A stretch of DNA of 34,198 bases from Candidatus Parcubacteria bacterium (GCA_039798825.1 JBDKFI010000002.1:1-34198); one strand, 5' to 3'. Positions 1-6,271 are shown, counted from the first letter of the stretch. Program-made: numbers and translations. Notes: generated from the sequence alone by a model not told the origin.

Positions 1-624
1 GATGGACGCATCTTTGAGTGAGTACCCAATGTTGTGCTCTATTGGGAAAATGAGAAACGACGGTGCGTGCTCGTTGTCGATGTTTGCAATCGACATGCGC
101 ACAGGTTTGGTGCTTTTTGCAAGCTGATGAGCAAGCCTCAGTTTTGCTTTCTTGTAGTTTGCAAACGACCCGTGACTTTCTATGTGTTCAGGAGAGAGGT
201 TGGTGAAGATGAGTGCATCCATAGACACTCCGACGTGTCTGAAGAACCGAGCACCCTCAGATGTCATCTCGATGATTGCATAGTCGCATCCGGCATCTAC
301 TGCTTCACGAAGAAACTTTTGTGTGAAGAATCTGCCAGGCATCGTCATCTTGTACATGTTTGGACGACTCGTTTCTCCTACCTTAAATCGTATCGTGGAG
401 AGAATTGCTGTTTTTTTGCCACACGCTTCGAGTACTGCGTTTACGAACTCCACGGTAGAGGACTTTCCTTTTGTGCCAGTGATGCCGATGACGAAGATGT
501 GTTGTGAGGGATTTCTGTAGATGATCGTGCCCGTGATAGCAAGTGCCAAGTGGTATACAGGCTGGAAGAATCTATAGACTTTTTTCGGAATGAGTTGTTC
601 TACGGCACGAAGCAGTTTTTCCAT
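1..624 (-). CDS. Mur ligase family protein (MurE-like), N-terminal part; 3' end runs off the window
   Basis: Not in the ORF track because it is open at the window edge. Reverse-strand translation from ATG at 624 reads MEKLLRAVEQLIPKK...HIFVIGITGTKGKSSTVEF...IIEMTSEGARFF...FTNLSPEHIESHGSF. This includes the Mur-ligase ATP-binding GxTGTxGKSS motif. The listed + ORFs 34..507 and 323..520 are antisense to it. Confidence 0.75.
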   Translation of the reverse strand, partial: MEKLLRAVEQLIPKKVYRFFQPVYHLALAITGTIIYRNPSQHIFVIGITGTKGKSSTVEFVNAVLEACGKKTAILSTIRFKVGETSRPNMYKMTMPGRFFTQKFLREAVDAGCDYAIIEMTSEGARFFRHVGVSMDALIFTNLSPEHIESHGSFANYKKAKLRLAHQLAKSTKPVRMSIANIDNEHAPSFLIFPIEHNIGYSLKDASI

Positions 625-631
625 ATGTAGT

Positions 632-637
632 AGTATA
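632..637 (-). promoter_or_regulatory. -10 box TATACT, 7 nt upstream of the Mur-ligase ATG (leaderless-type arrangement)
   Basis: Reverse strand reads cgtgTATACTactacatATG. Confidence 0.5.
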
Positions 638-689
638 CACGTTTAAGAATTTGGAATACTACCTCAGATTCAAGACGTGGGGAGGTTGA

Positions 690-1250
690 TTATTTTATCT
701 TAGACAGAGCCTCTTTAATAAGTGCGCTTGTGTTTGTCTCGCTTTGATTAATTTTTTGAAGTACCTCGTGAATCTCTTTCGGTGAGTAGCCAAGCGCCTC
801 AAGCGCGAGACGCACCTCAAAGAATGTGTCTGGTTTCGTCGCATCATGAAGGTGTCCCAGTTTTCCTTTTAGCTCGAGGATGATTTTCTCTGCAGTTCTT
901 TTTCCAATTCCTGGTGTGTGTGAAAGTAGCGTCGCGTCTGCTCGCTCTACCGCATCTGCAACAGATGCAGGGGAGTGTACTGAGAGCATTGCAAGGGCTG
1001 ACTTAGGACCAATGCCAGAGACGTTGATGAGCTTTTCAAAGAGCTCAAGTTCCTGTTTGGTTTCAAACCCGTAGAGTGCTAGTTGATCCTCTCGAGCGTG
1101 TGTATGAACGAAAAGCGAGACTGTCTTTTCCTCTTCGCATGCAAGAAGTGTGGGAAGCGGTGCAAGCACCGTGTACCCAACACCCCCCACAAGGAGAATG
1201 ATACTTTTTTCTGTCGAGGAGTGTACGTGCCCGGTGAGGTAGCCAATCAT
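690..1250 (-). CDS. ruvA: Holliday junction branch migration protein RuvA
   Basis: MIGYLTGHV... N-terminus, helix-hairpin-helix region (INVSGIGPKSALAML, LLSHTPGIGKRTAEKII) and a C-terminal domain. Start moved to the internal MIGYL Met (1250) because the upstream extension translates a heptamer repeat. Confidence 0.9.
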   Translation of the reverse strand: MIGYLTGHVHSSTEKSIILLVGGVGYTVLAPLPTLLACEEEKTVSLFVHTHAREDQLALYGFETKQELELFEKLINVSGIGPKSALAMLSVHSPASVADAVERADATLLSHTPGIGKRTAEKIILELKGKLGHLHDATKPDTFFEVRLALEALGYSPKEIHEVLQKINQSETNTSALIKEALSKIK

Positions 1251-1257
1251 AGGAGGT

Positions 1258-1263
1258 AGTATA
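1258..1263 (-). promoter_or_regulatory. -10 box TATACT, 7 nt upstream of the ruvA ATG
   Basis: Reverse strand reads ctggTATACTacctcctATGattgg. Confidence 0.5.
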
Positions 1264-1277
1264 CCAGGATGGGCGCC

Positions 1278-1319
1278 AGACAGTAGACAATAGACAGTAG
1301 ACAACAGACAGGAGACAAT
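1278..1319. repeat. Six tandem heptanucleotide repeats AGACA[G/A]N
   Basis: Direct reading: agacagt agacaat agacagt agacaac agacagg agacaat. Confidence 0.9.
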
Positions 1320-1451
1320 ACGGGATACGGTAAGGGGTAGGAAACACGCAGGAGATCTGTTGCAGAAAACGAAAAAAGGTGGTAGTATTCACGTTACTTA
1401 TGGATTTGACGTCAAACGGACGTCTGTTGTCTAAAGTCTACCTATCTACAT

Positions 1452-1718
1452 ATGGCAATTACAAAAAACGCAAAGAAAGCTAATCGAGTGAGCGTACGAC
1501 GTCGTGTTTCTAACGATGTTCGTCGTCGCACCATGAAAGAAGCGGTGAAGGATGTGCGAAAGGATGTCTCATCAAAGGATGAGAAGTCTCTCAAGACAAC
1601 GCTTTCACTTGCATACAAGGCACTCGACAAGGCTGCAAAGAAAGGCGTCATCAAGCGTGGCACTGCAGATCGAAAGAAAGCTCGTCTTGCAAAAGCTGTT
1701 GCGAAGATCTCAAAGTAA
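1452..1718 (+). CDS. rpsT: 30S ribosomal protein S20
   Basis: 88 aa, very basic: MAITKNAKKANRVSVRRRVSNDVRRR...KALDKAAKKGVIKRGTADRKKARLAK. This is a typical bS20. Confidence 0.95.
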   Translation: MAITKNAKKANRVSVRRRVSNDVRRRTMKEAVKDVRKDVSSKDEKSLKTTLSLAYKALDKAAKKGVIKRGTADRKKARLAKAVAKISK

Positions 1719-1740
1719 CACAACAGAAAACAATACATCA

Positions 1741-1772
1741 AAAAGCACCCGAGGGGGTGCTTTTGATTTTTG
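1741..1772 (+). terminator. Intrinsic terminator after rpsT
   Basis: aaaaGCACCCgaggGGGTGCttttgattttt: a GC stem flanked by an A-tract and a T-tract. Confidence 0.7.
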
Positions 1773-1875
1773 GGTATGTATTTGGCAGGAAGTTCGGTCA
1801 CCACTTTGGTATTTTATTTCATAACTTCGTTATTCATAAAACACTCAAAGTCTCGACCCCGAGAAAAACCGACAA

Positions 1876-1920
1876 AATTATAAAAGAAAAATATTTGAAT
1901 TCAATTTTTCTTTTATAATT
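1876..1920. repeat. AT-rich palindrome with 17-bp perfect arms and an 11-nt spacer
   Basis: aattataaaagaaaaat (1876-1892) and atttttcttttataatt (1904-1920) are exact reverse complements. The spacer contains tgaattca. Confidence 0.85.
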
Positions 1921-1937
1921 CCGTAGACCGGTTTTTC

Positions 1938-2049
1938 GTTCGATTCCTGCCGAATGACGCTTGGGCGTCATTCTCCGAGGGCACAAAATACAAAACACAC
2001 AGGCCTGACCTGTGTGTTTTGTATTTTGTGCCCTCGGCAGGAATCGAAC
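1938..2049. repeat. Long inverted repeat: the 3' part of tRNA-Arg(GCG) plus trailer, paired with a convergent copy interrupted by a 22-nt hairpin
   Basis: 1975-2003 (ccgagggcacaaaatacaaaacacacagg) is the exact reverse complement of 2009-2037. 1938-1949 (gttcgattcctg) pairs with 2038-2049. The left arm carries the extra segment ccg+aatgacgcttgggcgtcattct at 1950-1974. Confidence 0.9.
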
Positions 2050-2100
2050 CTGCATCGCAAGTACCGCAAACTTGAATTCTATCCATTGAACTACGAGAGC
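2029..2100 (-). tRNA. tRNA-Arg (anticodon GCG)
   Basis: Reverse strand: GCTCTCG TA GTTC AATGGATA GAAT T CAAGT TTGCGGT ACTTG CGAT GCAGG TTCGATT CCTGC CGAGGGC A. This is a full cloverleaf with a 7-bp acceptor stem and a GTTCGATT T-loop. No CCA is encoded. Confidence 0.85.
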
Positions 2101-2190
2101 GATGTGTAAGATACTACATTATTTTAAGCCTTTTGGCTAGGGTTCGCCCCGTCCTTATTTATTTTTCTAAGCTTAATGATGTGGTAGACT

Positions 2191-2658
2191 GTGTTAGTGA
2201 CCAACAAGGTAACAAGAAAACCAAATACTGCCTGTTGCATTTGTGGAAAGAGGGTCTACAGAAGGCCGTACGAGATAGAAAAAACGAAGGGACGCATTTT
2301 TTGTAGCTCATCATGCTATGGAATTTCGTGTAGAAAAGAGGTTGCATGTCTGGTGTGTGGAAAGCAAATCCTTTCTCGTTTTAATAAGAAAACGTGCAGT
2401 AGGGTGTGTGCAAACAGAAGTAGAAAAGGTATACGGTATAAGCTTGATAGGCCAGAAGATAAGGCAGAAAAAATAAAAAGTCTCAAGCTGAAGCTGATAG
2501 AACTTCGCGGGCAAGCATGCGAACGTTGTACATATAATAAAGTTAAAGTCCTACAAGTTCATCACAAAAACAGAAACCACGATGATAATCGTATCGAGAA
2601 TCTCGAGCTCGTTTGTCCGAATTGTCACTACGAAGAACACGCATCCTCAGGACTTTAA
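2191..2658 (+). CDS. HNH endonuclease with N-terminal Cys-rich (zinc-ribbon/FCS-like) repeats
   Basis: C-terminus reads LQVHHKNRNHDDNRIENLELVCPNCHYEEH, an HNH motif with a CxxC pair. The N-terminus has CCICGK...FCSSSCYG and CLVCGK...TCSRVCAN. It starts with GTG and lies between two tRNA genes. Confidence 0.85.
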   Translation: MLVTNKVTRKPNTACCICGKRVYRRPYEIEKTKGRIFCSSSCYGISCRKEVACLVCGKQILSRFNKKTCSRVCANRSRKGIRYKLDRPEDKAEKIKSLKLKLIELRGQACERCTYNKVKVLQVHHKNRNHDDNRIENLELVCPNCHYEEHASSGL

Positions 2659-2706
2659 AAAAATGCTTGTATGTGGTATATTGTTGCAACCGTTGAAGTG
2701 ATATAC

Positions 2707-2794
2707 GGAGGAGTGGCAGAGTTGGTCTATTGCACTTGTCTTGAAAACAAGAGTCTGGGTAACCGGACCGTGAGTTCGAATCTCACCTCCTCCG
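2707..2794 (+). tRNA. tRNA-Ser (anticodon UGA)
   Basis: Acceptor GGAGGAG/CTCCTCC, anticodon arm CTTGT-CTTGAAA-ACAAG, long variable arm (GTCTGGGTAACCGGAC) and T-arm GTGAGTTCGAATCTCAC. Confidence 0.9.
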
Positions 2795-2801
2795 CACCGC
2801 T

Positions 2802-2831
2802 AACAAAACCCACAGTATTGTGGGTTTTGTT
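2802..2831 (+). terminator. Intrinsic terminator after tRNA-Ser
   Basis: aacaaaacccacaGTATtgtgggttttgtt. Confidence 0.7.
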
Positions 2832-2836
2832 ATACT
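2831..2836 (+). promoter_or_regulatory. -10 box TATACT, 7 nt upstream of ATG 2844
   Basis: gtTATACTctaaattATG. Confidence 0.5.
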
Positions 2837-2843
2837 CTAAATT

Positions 2844-3098
2844 ATGAACAAAAAACTATGGTTCCGAGCGAAAACATATGGGTGGGGATGGACACCGTGC
2901 TCGTGGGAGGGGTGGTTAGCGATTCTCATTTTTGTGCTATTTCAAGTGTGGAACTTTTTGCGTCTCGATGAGGTTTCTCACTCCGCAAGCGATACGCTCC
3001 GACCGTTTGTCATACAGTCGCTTCTGGCGGTGGTTGTACTCATAGGTGTCGCGTATTATCGTGGAGAAAAACCAGGACGGAGATGGGGAGGGAAGTAA
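2844..3098 (+). CDS. Small membrane protein (2 predicted TM helices), hypothetical
   Basis: 84 aa with hydrophobic stretches WLAILIFVLFQVW and VIQSLLAVVVLIGVAYY. No recognisable family. Confidence 0.55.
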   Translation: MNKKLWFRAKTYGWGWTPCSWEGWLAILIFVLFQVWNFLRLDEVSHSASDTLRPFVIQSLLAVVVLIGVAYYRGEKPGRRWGGK

Positions 3099-3107
3099 GG
3101 GATAAGT

Positions 3108-3128
3108 AGACAGTAGACAATAGTAATT
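3108..3128. repeat. Second copy of the AGACAGT/AGACAAT heptamer motif
   Basis: agacagt agacaat agtaatt. The 16-mer agacagtagacaatag is identical to 1278-1293. Confidence 0.8.
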
Positions 3129-3219
3129 CTAAATCTTGAACTTGCCAAATAATTCTGCTCGACGGAACAAGTAAACTTATCATGTGATGTGGCTACTGGC
3201 CACTCACTTCTCGTCGCGA

Positions 3220-3225
3220 TATACT
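3220..3225 (+). promoter_or_regulatory. -10 box TATACT, 6 nt upstream of ATG 3232
   Basis: gcgaTATACTtccagcATG. Confidence 0.5.
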
Positions 3226-3231
3226 TCCAGC

Positions 3232-3723
3232 ATGGAAAATAACAATCTTCACGAAGTTGTCATTACGGCAATCGTTGTCAAAGATGGAAAGTATTTAATA
3301 ACTCGCAGGTCGGCACAGAAAAAAAGATTTCCTTCTATGTGGACAGTGCCTGGAGGAAAGCTAGAGAAAGACGATTACATCAACACGCCAAAACCAACAA
3401 AAGATTATTGGTACAACGTCCTGGAAAACGTTGTTCGAAGAGAGGTGAAAGAAGAGACAGGAGTAGAGATAACAAACATCGACTATGTTACTAGTTTGGC
3501 AACAGTGCATGCAGACGGAACGCCATCATTTGTGATTTCTGTGATGGCAGATTATGCTTCCGGCGATGTACAACTCCAAGAAGCAGAAACAGACATGCAC
3601 GCGTGGGTGACCCTCGAAGAAGCCAAGACGTATGATCTCATCGGCGGTATCTACGAAGAGTTGCTGATGGCGGATAACCGGAGAAAAGGCATTAGAGAAG
3701 AATGGAAACCTCAAACACTATGA
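3232..3723 (+). CDS. NUDIX hydrolase
   Basis: Nudix box GGKLEKDD...NVVRREVKEETGVE. Start moved to MENNNLHEVV because a -10 box lies inside the longer ORF-track extension. Confidence 0.85.
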   Translation: MENNNLHEVVITAIVVKDGKYLITRRSAQKKRFPSMWTVPGGKLEKDDYINTPKPTKDYWYNVLENVVRREVKEETGVEITNIDYVTSLATVHADGTPSFVISVMADYASGDVQLQEAETDMHAWVTLEEAKTYDLIGGIYEELLMADNRRKGIREEWKPQTL

Positions 3724-4181
3724 AATACCTAGGAATTGATTTCGGAACAAAGAAGGTGGGATTTGCTCAGTCAGACGACGACGGGCGTATCGCGTTCCCC
3801 CTCATGATTTCTCCAAATGATGCACAACTTCTCAAAGACACGCTCGAGCTCATTCGTGAAATGAAGATCGGCACGGTGGTGATCGGTGAAAGCGTAGACC
3901 AGAAAGGTAAACCAAATCCAATTGCCAAAGAAGCTCGTGCCTTTGGTCTTAGTCTTGAGTCGGGAAGCGACGTCGTTGTTACGTTTGAAAAAGAGTGGTA
4001 TTCAACCGTAGAAGCGCGCAAGCAGCCAGGAAAAGAGGGGGCACACGACGTGGATGATCAGGCAGCAGCGATTGTACTTCAGCGGTATTTGGATAAGGTA
4101 AACGGCCCAGTGATTTCTGATGATGAAGAAGTGGGTGACGACGATAGTGGTGACGAAGGTGCGCGTGAAGAATCGTGGTAG
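3720..4181 (+). CDS. ruvX: Holliday junction resolvase-like protein RuvX/YqgF, with an acidic C-terminal tail
   Basis: MKYLGIDFGTKKVGFAQSD... matches the YqgF N-terminal motif. Its ATG overlaps the NUDIX stop (ATGA). The tail is DDEEVGDDDSGDEG. Confidence 0.8.
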   Translation: MKYLGIDFGTKKVGFAQSDDDGRIAFPLMISPNDAQLLKDTLELIREMKIGTVVIGESVDQKGKPNPIAKEARAFGLSLESGSDVVVTFEKEWYSTVEARKQPGKEGAHDVDDQAAAIVLQRYLDKVNGPVISDDEEVGDDDSGDEGAREESW

Positions 4182-4217
4182 CTCGCATCGGATTAGGCGA
4201 TAGGTGGTAGATAATAG

Positions 4218-4223
4218 TAGAAT
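4218..4223 (+). promoter_or_regulatory. -10 box TAGAAT, 6 nt upstream of ATG 4230
   Basis: atagTAGAATacggaaATG. Confidence 0.45.
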
Positions 4224-4229
4224 ACGGAA

Positions 4230-4598
4230 ATGATGCAGGAAAACACAGAACCAACCACGCAAGAAGCACAGGTCTTCGCAACTATTGATGACTTTCAAAA
4301 AATAGAACTCCGACTAGGGACGGTCATATCTGTCGATGTGGTAGAAGGTGCAGATAAACTCTACATTTTGAAAGTTGATCTAGGTGAAGCTGCTCCACGA
4401 CAAATCCTTTCTGGTATACGAGAGTATGTTCAGCCGGAGGAACTGCTCGGTAAACAGTTTCCGTTTGTGACCAATCTCGCACCGCGCATGCTTCGCGGAC
4501 ATGAGTCGCAAGGAATGATTCTTGCAGGTTCAGAGGGTGAGACGCTCGCTCTTCTTGCACCGACTAAACAACTTCCAAATGGCACAAGACTTCGTTAA
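4230..4598 (+). CDS. tRNA-binding domain protein (CsaA/Trbp111/EMAP-like OB fold)
   Basis: FQKIELRLGTVISVDVVEGADKLYILKVDLGE...RQILSGIREYV...FVTNLAPRMLRGHESQGMILA is the typical tRNA-binding domain signature. Confidence 0.8.
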   Translation: MMQENTEPTTQEAQVFATIDDFQKIELRLGTVISVDVVEGADKLYILKVDLGEAAPRQILSGIREYVQPEELLGKQFPFVTNLAPRMLRGHESQGMILAGSEGETLALLAPTKQLPNGTRLR

Positions 4599-5187
4599 TG
4601 TTGAATTAAAGAAGATTGATGCAGTCATCGCGTACATCGCGACACGCACCTGGATTAAATCTGGTGTGTACATCGTAGCACTTCTCGAATCGACCATCTC
4701 ACCGATTCTTCCAGAGCTTGTCGTCGCGGCCGTGCTCTCATATCGAAAAGATATTTCGTGGAAACTATTGAGCGTTATTTCTGCGCTCGGTTCTGCAACG
4801 GGGGCCAGCATATTATATGCTCTTGGAAAATATTTGTATGTTACTCACACACTCTTTTTCGACAAGCTGCTTGGCTCTCAGATAGGAATGTATAGTGAAA
4901 AGTTGTTTGAACATAGCACGTTTGTGAGTATGTTTTTGGCAGCATTTACTCCACTTCCTGATCGCGTGTTTGCATTTCTTTCAGGCACGTTTAGTTTGCC
5001 GATACTTGTTGTCGTCAGCGCTTTTTTCTTGGGTCGATTGATTCGTGTTGGTATCATTGCATACTTTTCATACGAATATGGTGACGAGGCTCGTGAGTAC
5101 ATACTCAAACATACTCGTCGAGCTGTGTATGTGATCGTAGCACTCGCAGTGCTCTATGGAGTACTTGTGTATACAGGTATACTATAG
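4579..5187 (+). CDS. DedA/YqaA-family (VTT-domain) membrane protein
   Basis: Polytopic. ALLESTISPILPELVVAAVL and LAAFTPLPDRVFAFLSG resemble YqaA/DedA motifs. Start taken at MAQDF (4579), overlapping the upstream stop by 20 nt. Confidence 0.65.
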   Translation: MAQDFVNVELKKIDAVIAYIATRTWIKSGVYIVALLESTISPILPELVVAAVLSYRKDISWKLLSVISALGSATGASILYALGKYLYVTHTLFFDKLLGSQIGMYSEKLFEHSTFVSMFLAAFTPLPDRVFAFLSGTFSLPILVVVSAFFLGRLIRVGIIAYFSYEYGDEAREYILKHTRRAVYVIVALAVLYGVLVYTGIL

Positions 5188-5189
5188 AG

Positions 5190-5423
5190 ATGAAACATCA
5201 TGTTTGTATATTCGATGACTATATCATCGTTGATGGCGAAACAATTCCGATAGGAAAGATTTTGATCGAGCAAGAAATCACCAAAGCATTAAGTGATGTG
5301 CTTGATAGCATTGTTCACAAAATCGGTACGGGGGAGGTCATTGTGTGTGGAGAAGGAGACGCAAGGCGCATGCTCGGAAGGAAACTCGAAGACAGGCTCG
5401 GAAGAGAGGTTTCGTATGAATAG
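5190..5423 (+). CDS. Hypothetical protein (77 aa)
   Basis: Clean ORF 2 nt after the upstream stop with protein-like composition. No recognisable family. Confidence 0.5.
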   Translation: MKHHVCIFDDYIIVDGETIPIGKILIEQEITKALSDVLDSIVHKIGTGEVIVCGEGDARRMLGRKLEDRLGREVSYE

Positions 5424-5725
5424 ATTCACCCCGCACGTGGCGGGGTGGGTGACTAGCACAGGGTATTGATGGGCGTCCTTTCTTGATCGACTGTTTCCCA
5501 CCGCATGTTGTTCTGCTGCGGCTTCGGGAGGGTTCTCGGCAAACGGAGTGACACGCCCGCATGTTTCGGGCACACCTCTTTGGGCGTGACGAATCCGAGC
5601 GTTCTCACGTACGGTGAGCATCCGCGGATGCTCATATCAAAACCAAGGAGTTCCATGTAGCCCTCACTTTCTTGTTGGAACAGGCCTCTCTAAGACTACA
5701 CCGAAGATGAAGTCTTTTCAAATTG
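5424..5725. ncRNA. GC-rich, hairpin-dense non-coding block; candidate structured RNA of unknown family
   Basis: My hand count gives 53-62% GC over 5461-5580, against a visibly AT-richer neighbourhood. It has several strong hairpins: GAGCATCCGCGGATGCTC, GCCCGaaacatgCGGGC, CACCCCGCcacgtGCGGGGTG and CCGCAgcagaacaacaTGCGG. ORFs here are Arg/Pro/His-rich and overlapping. It directly abuts the 3' end of tRNA-Arg(UCU). Confidence 0.4.
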
Positions 5726-5797
5726 TGCCTCGGAGTGGAATCGAACCACTATTAACGGCTTAGAAGTCCGCTGTTCTATCCATTGAACTACCAAGGC
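5726..5797 (-). tRNA. tRNA-Arg (anticodon UCU)
   Basis: Reverse strand: GCCTTGG TA GTTC AATGGATA GAAC A GCGGA CTTCTAA GCCGT TAAT AGTGG TTCGATT CCACT CCGAGGC A. The anticodon loop CTTCTAA is canonical. There is one A31-G39 mismatch in the anticodon stem. Confidence 0.8.
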
Positions 5798-5839
5798 ATA
5801 TGGTGTATCAATACTAGCAAAAAAATAGGATTCTCGCGA

Positions 5840-5845
5840 TATACT
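5840..5845 (+). promoter_or_regulatory. -10 box TATACT, 7 nt upstream of ATG 5853
   Basis: gcgaTATACTagtttctATG. Confidence 0.5.
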
Positions 5846-5852
5846 AGTTTCT

Positions 5853-6086
5853 ATGGAAAGACCAAAACCACAAGAGCCGACAAATTCATTTGAAAGAGAG
5901 CAAGTTCTCGGGAATTTACTTCAATTAGAACTTGCTGAGCTCGTAGGTGAAGATGTGGAGTCGTTTATCGACAACAAAGGAGAACAGGTGAGGGTGTTTC
6001 TAAGTAACCATCCAGGTTTTCTTGATTTTTTCGAAGGACACAAAGAAGAGGCACTACAAGAAGTGCACAAGGATCTCTATCACTAG
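5853..6086 (+). CDS. Hypothetical acidic protein (77 aa)
   Basis: ORF with a leaderless-type promoter. No recognisable family. Confidence 0.5.
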   Translation: MERPKPQEPTNSFEREQVLGNLLQLELAELVGEDVESFIDNKGEQVRVFLSNHPGFLDFFEGHKEEALQEVHKDLYH

Positions 6087-6136
6087 GGAAGGGTGGCAAA
6101 AACGAAAAAAGTATTGTAGTATAGGAGAACCCATAG

Positions 6137-6212
6137 GGGCGATTAGCTCAGTTGGTAGAGCAGCGCTTTTACACAGCGAAGGTCACAGGTTCGAATCCTG
6201 TATTGCCCACCA
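6137..6212 (+). tRNA. tRNA-Val (anticodon UAC), CCA encoded
   Basis: GGGCGAT TA GCTC AGTTGGTA GAGC A GCGCT TTTACAC AGCGA AGGTC ACAGG TTCGAAT CCTGT ATTGCCC A CCA. Confidence 0.9.
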
Positions 6213-6230
6213 CAGAAACAGTAGTCAAAC

Positions 6231-6257
6231 ATGACACGGTCTCACGTGTCATTTTTG
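6231..6257 (+). terminator. Hairpin plus T-run after tRNA-Val
   Basis: ATGACACGgtctcaCGTGTCATtttt. Confidence 0.55.
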
Positions 6258-6258
6258 A

Positions 6259-6264
6259 TACACT
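6259..6264 (+). promoter_or_regulatory. -10-like TACACT, 7 nt upstream of ATG 6272
   Basis: gaTACACTtactatcATG. Confidence 0.4.
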
Positions 6265-6271
6265 TACTATC

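Noticed and set aside
34-520. ORF-track + strand ORFs 34..507 and 323..520
   Set aside because: They are antisense to a much better reverse-strand reading frame with a clear Mur-ligase P-loop (GITGTKGKSST). Their own translations are Cys/Arg/His-rich and not protein-like.
5289-5656. Three overlapping minus-strand ORFs (110, 74 and 67 aa) in the GC-rich block
   Set aside because: They overlap each other and the 3' end of the + strand gene, and are Arg/Pro-rich. The region is better explained as structured non-coding sequence.
6152-6271. N-terminal extension of the pseudouridine synthase ORF (also ORF 6022..6234)
   Set aside because: It overlaps tRNA-Val and its terminator. The conserved RluA core begins at MNFPILY (6272), which has a -10-like box 7 nt upstream.
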